Notes under the pieces: generated by a model
Seen by the model: only the letters and a program-made list of their open reading frames with translations
What the model was told of the DNA's origin: nothing
Databases searched by the model: none
Translations under genes and position numbers: made by a program
Assembly: GCA_965228855.1 (NCBI GenBank)
Contig: CBDDIJ010000003.1
Coordinates: 1,760,001 to 1,824,000 of the forward strand
Direction of reading: 5' to 3'
Origin: Candidatus Obscuribacterales bacterium
Lineage (GTDB): Bacteria; Cyanobacteriota; Vampirovibrionia; Obscuribacterales; Obscuribacteraceae
Length of the DNA: 64,000 nt
Shown here: piece by piece, positions 37,835 through 47,698 of the stretch
Numbering within the stretch: position 1 is the stretch's first letter
Layout: every line of letters starts with the position of its first letter

Positions 37835-39352
37835 TTACATTTCCAAAACGATAAAGCCCCAGGGGCTCAGATCGACAGAAAAGCCTGCTTCGCTTACGTT
37901 CGTAATTGCCAGCGGAGTACGCGACGTTTCACTCGAAATTATATGCGTCAACCTGAGGGCGTTGGAAACAGGAGCGCGCACGTAGCTTTGAGCTTGAGAA
38001 TCGGAGTAATTCACTATCGCGCAAAATTTATAGCCGCTCTCATCCGTCCAGGAGAATGCAACAAAACACTCGGCCGTCCAATTGCCCTCCCAGACAGGTG
38101 CGCACTCTAACAACTCCCACGCGCCTGCGTGCACCACCTGTAGTTTCAAACAAGAAAGCAATTCGTCATAGAACATCTCAACGTTCTTATCGACCGGCTC
38201 TGTTGGTTTACGAGATATGTGGACTGACACACGCTTGCGAAAGCCCTCGAATTGACCTTGATGAAGGAAGCGCAACCCCGGACAAAGATAGGTTAAAACA
38301 GCAGCAGCCTTATGTTGCTCGAACGGAAATATACCAGCTGCGCGAGGTTCATCATGATTCTCCAGAAAGCGCGCTGATTTTTTCTGATACTCGATATCAG
38401 CGAGCAAATGATCGCGAATCTTTCTGACATTGCCCTCTCTGAGTCTATCGTAGAGCCGTTTGTCATAAGTGAAATCGAATCCCAACTGTTGCAGATCCCA
38501 TTCTCTGTCCCAGTAGACTTCCGCCATGAACGTAAAGTCGGGATGTTCGTCTCGAATGGCATTGATCGTGTCATTCCAGAACGGATCAATGTCGATGTTC
38601 CAAGTCCGCTGAAAAACATCCGGCAAGATTAACATTGCCATATCGCAACGCAAGCCATCGCAGTTAGTGGCAATGCTCGCTATCTCCTGTCGCATAGCAG
38701 AACAAAACTCGGGACTGCCGTAGTTCAATTGAAGAGTGTCCGGCCAACCGTCAAAATACGGATCGCGACCATGGGCAAAAATCTCCTTACCCACACGAAT
38801 ATAGTTCTGAGGAGCCGCCTCGATAGCGCCTTCGTCACCTCTCACGAAATACTCCGGATGCGATTGTACCCACTCATGATCGATCGCCGTATGATTAGGC
38901 ACGAGATCAAGCATCAGTTTTAAACCAAAGTGGTTGACGCGGTTGTGCAAACGTTTTAGCGCTTCAGGTTCGCCAAAGTGTTCATGCAGCGTGTATTTCG
39001 TGATGGCGAAACCAGAACCACAAATCTCGTCGTCCTTCAAATCGGGAACGTCTTCTCGAAAAGATTCTTTCCATCCTGGATGACTTTGTGAAATTTGCTG
39101 ACCGATCTTGCCAGTTTGCCAGACGCTTAAAAAGTAGACCCACGCAAAGCCCTGTTGCGCCAGTTCTTCAAAGAACTCATCCGGAATATCGTCAAGAGTC
39201 GCTTGTCGACCGAGTTTTCGACTCAGCTCCGAAAGCCAGACCCGTGTGTTTACTTGATATAGAGTGGGATTCGTTAACAGCTTGTTAGGGAGTGTCGTCG
39301 CCGAATCTCCAGGTTTTCCTTTCGTTTTCGTCTTCGGCATAGAATGCTTCAA
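37835..39352 (-). CDS. GH13 alpha-amylase family protein
   Basis: LDLVPNH, DGLRCDMA, FMAEVYW, FLENHDE. Confidence 0.92.
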   Translation of the reverse strand: MKHSMPKTKTKGKPGDSATTLPNKLLTNPTLYQVNTRVWLSELSRKLGRQATLDDIPDEFFEELAQQGFAWVYFLSVWQTGKIGQQISQSHPGWKESFREDVPDLKDDEICGSGFAITKYTLHEHFGEPEALKRLHNRVNHFGLKLMLDLVPNHTAIDHEWVQSHPEYFVRGDEGAIEAAPQNYIRVGKEIFAHGRDPYFDGWPDTLQLNYGSPEFCSAMRQEIASIATNCDGLRCDMAMLILPDVFQRTWNIDIDPFWNDTINAIRDEHPDFTFMAEVYWDREWDLQQLGFDFTYDKRLYDRLREGNVRKIRDHLLADIEYQKKSARFLENHDEPRAAGIFPFEQHKAAAVLTYLCPGLRFLHQGQFEGFRKRVSVHISRKPTEPVDKNVEMFYDELLSCLKLQVVHAGAWELLECAPVWEGNWTAECFVAFSWTDESGYKFCAIVNYSDSQAQSYVRAPVSNALRLTHIISSETSRTPLAITNVSEAGFSVDLSPWGFIVLEM

Positions 39353-39371
39353 CCCTCGTTAAGAAGACAGA

Positions 39372-42137
39372 TCAACTCAGACGTTGTGCCATATGCGCAA
39401 TTTTGCGCATTGGTGATGGCTCCAACCAGGTTTCCTCATTCATCAGTGACTGGATGTAGAGAAGCTTCGCAATGTTTCCAGTCCAACCGGTCTGGTGCGA
39501 TGCGCCAAGACCAGAGCCATCATCGCCATGGAAATATTCGTAGAACATAATGTACTCTTTGAAATTAGGATCCGTTTGAAACTTGTCGGAGTCACCATAT
39601 ACGGGGCGCCGTCCGTTTTCATCCGGCAAAAAGATGCTGGTCAAGCGAGTAATCAAATCATCAGTAATTTGATACAGATTCATCATCTGACCAGATCCCG
39701 TCGGATACTCCACCTTGAAGTCATTTCCGTAATAACAGTAGTAGCTCAGGAGGGAACGGATCAGCAGGAAGTTAACGGGGAACCAAATTGGTCCACGCCA
39801 ATTTGAGTTGCCGCCAAACATACCGGTATTCGACTCACCCGGCACATAATCGACACGAAATTCATTGCCACCAAATTCGATGACAAAAGGATTCTTTTCG
39901 TGGTACTTAGACAGACTGCGAATACCGTATGGGCTGAGAAACTCTTCTTCATCGAACATATGTTTAAATATGCGGCGAAGCTTCGTTTCATCGCAGACTG
40001 CGAGCATCCGACGACCGTTAACTCCAATAGTTTCCGGCGTATGAATGTTCTCGCAGGTCTCCTTCTGGCGCTGCATAAACTTGGCAGCTCTCTCCATGAA
40101 TTCTGGAACGTTAGTCCAGATTTCTTCTTCCATTACCACTGTTGACGCAAGTGGAAGCAAACCAACCATCGAACGAACCTTCAACCGCATCGCCTGTCCA
40201 TTCGGCAACCGCAAAACGTCATAGAAGAAACCGTCATCTTCGTCCCAGAGTTCATCTCGATGGCGACCAGGTCTGTCCATAGCGCCAGCAATCCAAACGG
40301 TGTGCTCGAAAAACTTCAAAGCAAAACGCTCGTAAAAGGGGTTGTCCTGGGCAAGTTCCAACGCGATGTTCAACATCTGTTGGCTGAAAAATGCCATCCA
40401 GGCTGTTCCATCAGCTTGCTCAAGGTGCCCGCCGGTCGGAAGCGCGTGGCTTCGATCGAATACTCCGATATTGTCTAAACCGAGGAATCCACCTTCAAAG
40501 ACGTTATGTCCCATGGGGTCCTTGCGATTAATCCACCAGGTGAAGTTGACGAGCAGTTTGGAAAACGCATACTTCAAGAAGTCCCGATCACCCACGCCAT
40601 CATGCTGCCATCGATCGTACAGATACGCCCAATACGTGGCAAAAGCGTGTACAGGAGGGTTCACATCGCTGAAGTTCCATTCATACGCAGGAATCTGTCC
40701 GTTTGGATGCAGATAGGAACTTTTCAACATCATCTCCAGTTGATGTTTGGCAAAATCAGGGTCTATCATGTTAAGAGACATAATATGGAACGCCAGGTCC
40801 CATGCCGCGTACCACGGATATTCCCACTTGTCCGGCATAGAGATAATATCTTCGTTGTACATGTGAAACCAGGCACTATTTCGCACGTTCGACTGGGTCA
40901 TCGGCTGCACGTTGTGTTCTCGCAGCCATTGGTCGACATCGTAATAGAAGAACTGTTTGCTCCACATCATGCCACCAAGGGCGGTTCTTAAGATCTTTGA
41001 TCGTTCTTTGTCTTCCAGCAATTTATCGGGTGTAAGACCTTCGTAAAAATGGTCGGCTTCCCTCGTGCGCAGTTCCATAACTTCATCGAAGTTTTTCATG
41101 GGCTCACCATATTCAGTGGCACCCATTCGAAAACGGATCGAGGCGCTCCCGCCGGCTGGAATGGTCAGTTTATACTGCGCCGACATCTTCGTGCCAACCT
41201 GCGCCGGATTAACTGCGTCCAGATTTCCATCAACAACATAATTGTTTATCCCATCTTTGACATAGGGACTCTGGTTGGGCGAGCCCCACAGTCGCTCCAG
41301 ATTCGTTTCGTTCTCAGTAAATAGAAGAGGAACTGTGCGGTCAAAGTAGATATGGTATTCGGAGAGTTTATCGGAATAGTTTTTATCAGTGTGCTGAGCA
41401 CTTGCGGCCGACAATCCATCCTTTGTCAAGCCTCGTATCATCGGCTTTGACGCATCCCCGCCCCAGGACCAGGTGTTGCGAAACCAGAATGTCGGCAATA
41501 CATCAATCTCGGCTTCCTCACCAGCTCTATTGAAGATAGAAACCTTTATCAAAAGATCTTCCGGGGTCTCCTTCGCGTATTCGATAAAGACATCGAAGTA
41601 CCGGTTATCATCGAATACTCCGGTATCAATCAGTTCGTATTCCTTTTCAAACTTGCTGCGATCGCCATTACCCATCAGAAGCTTGTCGTAAGGGAAACGG
41701 TGTTGCGTATATTTGTACAGGTATTTCATGTACGAATGCGTCGGTGTACTGTCGAGATAGTAGTAGATCTCTTTGACGTCCTCGCCATGGTTGCCTTCGC
41801 TGTTGGTCAGACCGAACAATCGCTCTTTGATAATTGGATCTCTTCCGTTCCACAGACCAAGGGCGAAACAGAGAATCTGATGCTCATCACTGATGCCGCC
41901 CAGACCATCTTCACCCCAGCGATACGCACGCGATCGAGCATGATCATGCGGAAAATAGTTCCACGCATCACCGTTTTCGCTGTAGTCCTCGCGCACAGTT
42001 CCCCACTGCCGCTCACTGAGATAGGGTCCCCATTTTTTCCACGGCGTGCCTTGCGTTCGAGCGTCGAGCAGTCGCTGTTTCTCAGGATTAATAGTATCGA
42101 GCTTAGCTGCATGTCTTTCGCGTTCGTTCTGCGCCAT
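39372..42137 (-). CDS. GH63/MGH1-like glycoside hydrolase
   Basis: WGPYLSERQWGTVREDYS, SMPDKWEYPWYAAWDLAFH, GGNSNWRGPIW, EYFHGDDGSGLGASHQTGWT. Confidence 0.93.
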   Translation of the reverse strand: MAQNERERHAAKLDTINPEKQRLLDARTQGTPWKKWGPYLSERQWGTVREDYSENGDAWNYFPHDHARSRAYRWGEDGLGGISDEHQILCFALGLWNGRDPIIKERLFGLTNSEGNHGEDVKEIYYYLDSTPTHSYMKYLYKYTQHRFPYDKLLMGNGDRSKFEKEYELIDTGVFDDNRYFDVFIEYAKETPEDLLIKVSIFNRAGEEAEIDVLPTFWFRNTWSWGGDASKPMIRGLTKDGLSAASAQHTDKNYSDKLSEYHIYFDRTVPLLFTENETNLERLWGSPNQSPYVKDGINNYVVDGNLDAVNPAQVGTKMSAQYKLTIPAGGSASIRFRMGATEYGEPMKNFDEVMELRTREADHFYEGLTPDKLLEDKERSKILRTALGGMMWSKQFFYYDVDQWLREHNVQPMTQSNVRNSAWFHMYNEDIISMPDKWEYPWYAAWDLAFHIMSLNMIDPDFAKHQLEMMLKSSYLHPNGQIPAYEWNFSDVNPPVHAFATYWAYLYDRWQHDGVGDRDFLKYAFSKLLVNFTWWINRKDPMGHNVFEGGFLGLDNIGVFDRSHALPTGGHLEQADGTAWMAFFSQQMLNIALELAQDNPFYERFALKFFEHTVWIAGAMDRPGRHRDELWDEDDGFFYDVLRLPNGQAMRLKVRSMVGLLPLASTVVMEEEIWTNVPEFMERAAKFMQRQKETCENIHTPETIGVNGRRMLAVCDETKLRRIFKHMFDEEEFLSPYGIRSLSKYHEKNPFVIEFGGNEFRVDYVPGESNTGMFGGNSNWRGPIWFPVNFLLIRSLLSYYCYYGNDFKVEYPTGSGQMMNLYQITDDLITRLTSIFLPDENGRRPVYGDSDKFQTDPNFKEYIMFYEYFHGDDGSGLGASHQTGWTGNIAKLLYIQSLMNEETWLEPSPMRKIAHMAQRLS

Positions 42138-42334
42138 GACGACCTCGAATGTGGGGAATAGGCTTCAACGATATGCCACGCAATTCATACCTAACTTCGC
42201 CTGCAGCATTAAACCGTTCATTTATATGGAAAACCGTTAGCGCCGAACGGTTTATTAACTGAACGTCGCCCCGACAAGTGCGCTCGTTCCACTGCTCTAA
42301 TGAATGAACAACGGCACTGGAGAGGACAAATTCC

Positions 42335-42715
42335 ATGGACGAGTATACGAAAGCAGCAAACGAATTTCGCAAAGATAACGATAAAACAGCAGGCATGGCA
42401 GGAGCGGGCGCGGGCGTTCTCGCTGGTGCGCAGGTGGGAACCGTGCTTCTCCCGATTCCAGTAGTTGGAACCTTTACAGGAGCGCTGGTTGGTGGTCTCA
42501 TTGGGACGAAGATCGGGAAGAAAGTGGGCGGCGTCTTACTGGACAAGATGGCGCCGGCAGAGCAGGCATTCACAAGCGGCTCAACTGGGGGAACGCCAGG
42601 AAGCGGCAAAGTAGATGTAGCGGGTGAACTGGCTAGACTGGCTGAGTTACGTGCAGCCGGCGTACTCGATGAAGATGAATTCCGAGCAGCGAAGGCGAAA
42701 TTACTGGGACTTTAA
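42335..42715 (+). CDS. Glycine-zipper + SHOCT domain protein
   Basis: GxxxG series; C-terminal ELARLAELRAAGVLDEDEFRAAKAKLLG; GAGG RBS. Confidence 0.85.
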   Translation: MDEYTKAANEFRKDNDKTAGMAGAGAGVLAGAQVGTVLLPIPVVGTFTGALVGGLIGTKIGKKVGGVLLDKMAPAEQAFTSGSTGGTPGSGKVDVAGELARLAELRAAGVLDEDEFRAAKAKLLGL

Positions 42716-42792
42716 GCAAGTTCCAGCAGACTGAATCGGATCTGCAAACGATGACGAGAGGGGAACGATGACTAGTAAGACCGCCGGAGACC

Positions 42793-43509
42793 TCAAAGGG
42801 GAGTGAACGAGCTGTTTATCTCATCCACCTTACGCTGGTAGATCTCAGCCTCTTTTGGACGTTTTCGCTTCCTCATCAATTCAGCATAGCTTGCGTAAGC
42901 AGACATCAAGCCAAGTTTATCGGCCACGCCGTTCGGTCCCTTTGTCGCGATCAGACGCTTGATGTGAACCTCGGCATTAGTCAATTCATTTGCACCAAGT
43001 TCTGCCGTGATCAACTGCGGAAGCAGCTCTTGCATCATCTCTTCGTACGGGTATGGAGTGCGAACAACCTCGGCGGAAACAACGCCTCCGGGATGGTGCC
43101 TCTCTATGATCTTCTCAGGCGTCCGTTCCTTCGTCGGAGAGGGCTTCATCGCCCCGCCATCGATAATTGCCAGAGCTTGTTTTAAAGTTCTAGACGCGTC
43201 TTGAAACCGATTAGCTCGGTTGTAGTGCATACCTAAGCCGAGAAGACTGCCAATGTACTCTCTGCTGTTTCGTCCCTTGCGCAAACTCTTTTTGACGATG
43301 GCCGAATAGACCTGCTCAGTATCAGGCATCCCTTCTGAACCTGATACCGCTTCTGAGACACCGGGCACCACACCTGGTTCTTCATCTTGCGAAAAACTGG
43401 GAGCAACGCTGGCGGCAAACACTGTGGTAAGAAGAAGAGCACCTGTAAAAACCTTCCGCATCAGGAACCTCTGGTGGTTAATGGTGGCATGACCTGTTTC
43501 AAAGCTCAT
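42793..43509 (-). CDS. Exported TPR-like protein
   Basis: Signal-like MRKVFTGALLLTTVFAAS (true start may be this Met); LLGLGMHY...ASRTLKQAL; YASYAELMRK...EAEIY. Confidence 0.7.
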   Translation of the reverse strand: MSFETGHATINHQRFLMRKVFTGALLLTTVFAASVAPSFSQDEEPGVVPGVSEAVSGSEGMPDTEQVYSAIVKKSLRKGRNSREYIGSLLGLGMHYNRANRFQDASRTLKQALAIIDGGAMKPSPTKERTPEKIIERHHPGGVVSAEVVRTPYPYEEMMQELLPQLITAELGANELTNAEVHIKRLIATKGPNGVADKLGLMSAYASYAELMRKRKRPKEAEIYQRKVDEINSSFTPL

Positions 43510-43534
43510 TCTAGACGTTCAGCTCCAAAGAGTA

Positions 43535-43569
43535 AATGAGCACGGAGAGTCTCAAACTCCATGCTCATT
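43535..43569 (-). terminator. Hairpin after 43614..44927
   Basis: AATGAGCAcGGAG/CTCCaTGCTCATT stem; weak U tract. Confidence 0.45.
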
Positions 43570-43613
43570 GTGCTCGTTAAACTAAGAAACGGTTTCAACC
43601 GGCGGCAGTGCGT

Positions 43614-44927
43614 CTACGGACCGCCCATAGGAGGAAGACCGCTGTTGGGACCGTAGGGTGGAACAATAGCGCCTACGTTCGTAATGCTGCATCCTTTGCC
43701 TGTCGCAGGAGAACCGCTCGCGAGTTCATAGGTTTGCACGGTCCAGGCACGTGGTCGGTACGTGTCTTTGTTTACCGGCGCCCAGAGCGTACTCTCTTGA
43801 ACATACTGCGGATTGACGAGGGAAGCGGCTAACGTCGTCGTGTTGCCGGTTACGTGATATTGAACATTGCCCCCGTTATCCAAACTTTGCGTCACGGGAA
43901 CGTTGATAGCGCCACCATATATGATGCAGTCTTTGACCTTGACCGTGCCAACTCCGTTAGTGGAAAACTGCCTGTCATACATCGCGTGCTGAGAGAAATT
44001 CGAGACCAGGTTGGGTTCATAAAGAGTGCATCTGGTCAAATTGACTTTGACCTTCGAGGCGGTGTCTGTCGGCTCGACGGATACGTTCGCATGGTTTGCT
44101 CCTAAGAATAGGCAATCGACAATCGTTGCTTGACCTTGAACGATATCAATGCCCTTGTTGTATACCGGTCCAAAAACACATTTGCTGGCGCGAATTAAAG
44201 ATTGATACGCTGTTCCATTCGGTCTTGCACCGAGTATTCCAACACCCCATTCGCCCCACCAGCCATAACCGCCTTCGAAGATGCAACCTCTAAAAGTAGT
44301 AGCATTGGGCTGTCCCGCCACCGGTCGTTCAACCGCGCCAGCCTTCACGTTGGTGAAGCGACAGTTGACGAAATTATTATCATAGCCTCCGAATACAACG
44401 GCACCGACCCGTCCACCACCATAGGGAGGGAAACCATATACGGTGCCAAACTCTATATTGCGAAAGGTATTGTTGTTGGTTTGAACCTTTACGTTCTCAC
44501 CCGAGAAGTTTGTAATTTTAATTCCGGAACGCGCATTTGCGATCAGCTGAACGTTGGAGCCGGTTATGGTCACTCCAGTTTGCACGGGAGTGCCGGAGGC
44601 CGCTGCAATTGTAACCACTCCATTATGGTTCGCGGCGGGCGACTGTCTGATTGTCAGGAAGTTTGTTGGAACAGTGAACGGACCTGTATAAGTGACACCA
44701 GAAGCGCCACCATCCACTATAATCTGATCCCCTGGAACTACCGACGACCAGTTGATCGATTGGAATGATTTCCAGGCTTTCTTCCAATTGGTTCCGTCGC
44801 CATCGTTGCCGTCCGGCGATACATAAAGATTGCGCGCACTTGCGTCCGCGCCGCAGGCCAGCGTCGAAGCCAGCGCCACTATAATTCCCGCTATAAATCT
44901 GAATTTATAGTTGAGTTGAAATCTCAT
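43614..44927 (-). CDS. Secreted right-handed beta-helix (pectin-lyase-like) protein
   Basis: Signal peptide from ATG 44927; LYVSPDGNDGDGTNWKKAWKSF, PGDQIIVDGG, repeated FxNCxF coils. Confidence 0.82.
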   Translation of the reverse strand: MRFQLNYKFRFIAGIIVALASTLACGADASARNLYVSPDGNDGDGTNWKKAWKSFQSINWSSVVPGDQIIVDGGASGVTYTGPFTVPTNFLTIRQSPAANHNGVVTIAAASGTPVQTGVTITGSNVQLIANARSGIKITNFSGENVKVQTNNNTFRNIEFGTVYGFPPYGGGRVGAVVFGGYDNNFVNCRFTNVKAGAVERPVAGQPNATTFRGCIFEGGYGWWGEWGVGILGARPNGTAYQSLIRASKCVFGPVYNKGIDIVQGQATIVDCLFLGANHANVSVEPTDTASKVKVNLTRCTLYEPNLVSNFSQHAMYDRQFSTNGVGTVKVKDCIIYGGAINVPVTQSLDNGGNVQYHVTGNTTTLAASLVNPQYVQESTLWAPVNKDTYRPRAWTVQTYELASGSPATGKGCSITNVGAIVPPYGPNSGLPPMGGP

Positions 44928-45098
44928 TTGGTTTCTCTCCCAAGCTATCGAACACTTATGTAGAACAGTTTTGTAGAACACAACCACGTGAACAGTCGCA
45001 CGAAATCCGTGAGCACATCTGAGTGAGCTCGGCGGTTTTCGATAAACGCGCATCCAATTTCCACTTTGGAATGCGATTGCTCAACAATAGTCAGCGAA

Positions 45099-45204
45099 CG
45101 TGAACTCAATGTGAGTCAAATGTGAAACGAGCGTGAAGTCAACGCAAGCACCGTACAGGTGGGCAAAAACTTTCGGAATTTATTCTCTTCACGACAACTT
45201 CACG
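45099..45204. promoter_or_regulatory. 11-bp-period direct repeats (OmpR/PhoB-type boxes) in a divergent promoter region
   Basis: CGTGAACTCAA TGTGAGTCAAA TGTGAAACGAG CGTGAAGTCAA (45099-45142) and two TTCACG at 45188 and 45199 in the opposite orientation. Confidence 0.55.
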
Positions 45205-45236
45205 CATCGTCTCTAGACTGAACTGAACGCATTTAT

Positions 45237-46838
45237 ATGGATAGATCATCAATGCAGACTCAAGGTCGACGCAAAGTCGCGCATAGAAATGAACGTGGAA
45301 ATCTCTACGTTCTCTATATCGGTTTTGCAGCGATGATTGTAGTTGTTTGGAACTTGTATGCTCAAGTCGGTTTATCCTTCATAATCAATTATCGAAGCAA
45401 GTGTGCACTGGAAGCCGCCTCCCTTGCGGCGGCCCGCGACCTCTCAAGAATCGTCATCGACGATCCTAAGTGGGGGTACGTGGCACTCACAGATCAACCT
45501 CCCGTTGGAGATGACACAAAGGCGGGAGATGGTTATCCACTTCCCGTGACCGGAATAAACACAATCATGGCGACGGTGCGACTGGAGATGCTGGTCGCGC
45601 AGTCACTTGGCACTAACGAAGCGATGGCTTGCGCGTTGGATGACCTTCGCACCGCACGCGCTGCTTCAAGACGTCTATCGAGGACCTTGCGCAATTCGCT
45701 CAAGAGAGAAAGAAGCAGCAATGAAGATGATAAGGAACTGGTAGCTCGAGATATCTTTGGAAACGTAGTTCGTCCCATGGACAGTGCCGCGACCGTGTAT
45801 CGCAAAAATGCCGATCAAATGCTTAGCGGTATGGGATGGAAACTTGAAAGTATGAACGCCGACCTTGGTTCGTTAACTCAGGAAGGCACGACAAATACAC
45901 CAAGTCCGGAGCGCGGTTTGTCCAACCGGACGGCGTCGGTATTCGAGCCGGAGTTGAAAAATTATCCAGCGTTTGAAGACGTCCCAGCGGCAGGCGAATC
46001 ATTCTACTTCGCCGGACTCGGGAAACAGACAAGTCTTGTTGAGCCTGCACTTTTCGATGCGTCACGCTCCGTTCAAAACAGCTCCGTGATACGTCTTGTC
46101 GCTCAGCTGAAACGAAACGACACTGATAACTGGATAAAATCTGTCGCGTGCGCTCAACCGGCATACATGGAGGATAAGGTACCTGCATCATATATGGTGC
46201 TTCGATTCCCAAACGGGATTCCAAATGGCACGGACTGCTTGAGGAGTTTGCTGACTTCCGACGGTCTATCGAAAAGAATTCCGTTGTACACCGCTTGTGG
46301 TGGCGACTTCCCGACCGATCGGGGCGCCCTGTTAAAAGAGAATCCGGACACGTCGTCCGCCACTGTTCGCCAGGCAGTTACCCGCGCATTTTTCGACTGG
46401 TTGAGAACCGCACATGCAAAACCGAAGCTAGATTCGATCATCAATGCGCTTGATTGTCAATTCAACAGCCAACACCCTTCAGCCACGTACTTATACACCT
46501 TCGACGACTGCGGCGAAATTGAGGTCGCGGCTTCTAAAGATTATCCGTTCCTCGCTCAAACTGCCTACGAAAGCCAGCTCTACGCAGTCGCAACCAATGT
46601 CATCAATCTGCACGGTGTTGTCTGGTCGTTGCGACTTCGCGATCAGGTCCATCGACTCGGCAAGCAGGAGGGCGGCAAACATGCCGGTCAACCGATGCCA
46701 TCCACGGTGGCGGTCAATCACAATCAAGACCAGGAGAAGCGGTTGCTTGCGACTGCCGGCAGCAGATACGACAGATCAAGGCTTGGTTTGGAACTCGAAA
46801 TTTCAACTCCGATAATGACTAACGGAGGCGATCTATGA
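45237..46838 (+). CDS. TadG-like pseudopilin / Tad domain protein
   Basis: RNERG followed by hydrophobic helix, then ALEAASLAAARDL. Confidence 0.65.
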   Translation: MDRSSMQTQGRRKVAHRNERGNLYVLYIGFAAMIVVVWNLYAQVGLSFIINYRSKCALEAASLAAARDLSRIVIDDPKWGYVALTDQPPVGDDTKAGDGYPLPVTGINTIMATVRLEMLVAQSLGTNEAMACALDDLRTARAASRRLSRTLRNSLKRERSSNEDDKELVARDIFGNVVRPMDSAATVYRKNADQMLSGMGWKLESMNADLGSLTQEGTTNTPSPERGLSNRTASVFEPELKNYPAFEDVPAAGESFYFAGLGKQTSLVEPALFDASRSVQNSSVIRLVAQLKRNDTDNWIKSVACAQPAYMEDKVPASYMVLRFPNGIPNGTDCLRSLLTSDGLSKRIPLYTACGGDFPTDRGALLKENPDTSSATVRQAVTRAFFDWLRTAHAKPKLDSIINALDCQFNSQHPSATYLYTFDDCGEIEVAASKDYPFLAQTAYESQLYAVATNVINLHGVVWSLRLRDQVHRLGKQEGGKHAGQPMPSTVAVNHNQDQEKRLLATAGSRYDRSRLGLELEISTPIMTNGGDL

Positions 46839-47380
46839 CCATTTGCAAAAATCGAACACGGACCAGCCGCGACCGCCGACTGGGTTCATCAATCGCAGAG
46901 TTTGGTGCAGCCTTTTACGCTTTCTTCTTCGCAATCATCATTCCAACAATCAATTTGCTGAGTTTTGCAATTGCGTTTTCCTACGCACATTTTGCCGCTA
47001 ACATGACAGCGGATTCAGTGGCTCAGTCAATGACTTTAAAGCGCGCCAGACAAATCGTAGAATGCGCACCATCAGATCTAAAAGGCGATTCGCTTGCCAA
47101 TTTTCTGAAGGTCGAACCCGGTTCCGAGCGGTTCAAACTCGACCTTGTCAGAACCAATATGCAAGGCGAAAACGAGATTCTCACCGCTAAGAACTTGAAA
47201 GATAAAGATCACAGTAAAGGGCTAATTCAGTATCGAGTCCTGGCAAATTACACCCTGCGACCGCGGCTCGATCTCGGCTCGGTTCCATTCATAAACACCA
47301 TTCCAATCATCGGCAAAGAGTCCGAGCTCACGTTTAACCTGATTAGAAACATTGAGCACGCCGATGAAATAATGAATTAA
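46835..47380 (+). CDS. TadE-like pseudopilin
   Basis: RRLG-SSIAEF prepilin motif followed by TM; ATGA overlap with the upstream gene. Confidence 0.72.
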   Translation: MTICKNRTRTSRDRRLGSSIAEFGAAFYAFFFAIIIPTINLLSFAIAFSYAHFAANMTADSVAQSMTLKRARQIVECAPSDLKGDSLANFLKVEPGSERFKLDLVRTNMQGENEILTAKNLKDKDHSKGLIQYRVLANYTLRPRLDLGSVPFINTIPIIGKESELTFNLIRNIEHADEIMN

Positions 47381-47478
47381 GTTTCCTGTGTAGTACTGCT
47401 TAACGATCCGTTGACTATCGTCAGCCTGCACTCATAATGGAATAACTGTTCATTTATCGAGTGTACTGAGAAACGATC

Positions 47479-47574
47479 ATGTTTACGAATACGTGCCACT
47501 ATATGCCGGAAATTTCCCTACGCGCCGTACCCGCGCAGTGGGTGGAAGCCGCACGTGTTCGCAACAGGGAGTGA
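47479..47574 (+). CDS. Putative leader peptide (31 aa) of an attenuator
   Basis: ATG 47479..TGA 47574 encodes MFTNTCHYMPEISLRAVPAQWVEAARVRNRE and overlaps attenuator segments 1 and 2; RBS weak. Confidence 0.55.
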   Translation: MFTNTCHYMPEISLRAVPAQWVEAARVRNRE

Positions 47575-47602
47575 TAACACTCTACTGAACTTAGCGAATC
47601 GT

Positions 47603-47633
47603 GTGAGCTTCCCAAAAGGAAGCTCATTTTTTT
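47603..47633 (+). terminator. Attenuator terminator upstream of the ABC-2 operon
   Basis: TGAGCTTCC-CAAAA-GGAAGCTCA then T7; an upstream segment can form an antiterminator. Confidence 0.8.
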
Positions 47634-47698
47634 CGCGTCCACACTTTTCAAACCGAATCAATTGGTTTGAAACAGAAACAATCTAGTTCTTATTCAAA

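Noticed and set aside
44928..45053. Upstream extension of the beta-helix ORF in the track
   Set aside because: Signal peptide and RBS fit ATG 44927; similar over-extensions were trimmed at 10788, 36257, 51336, 53065 and 61570.
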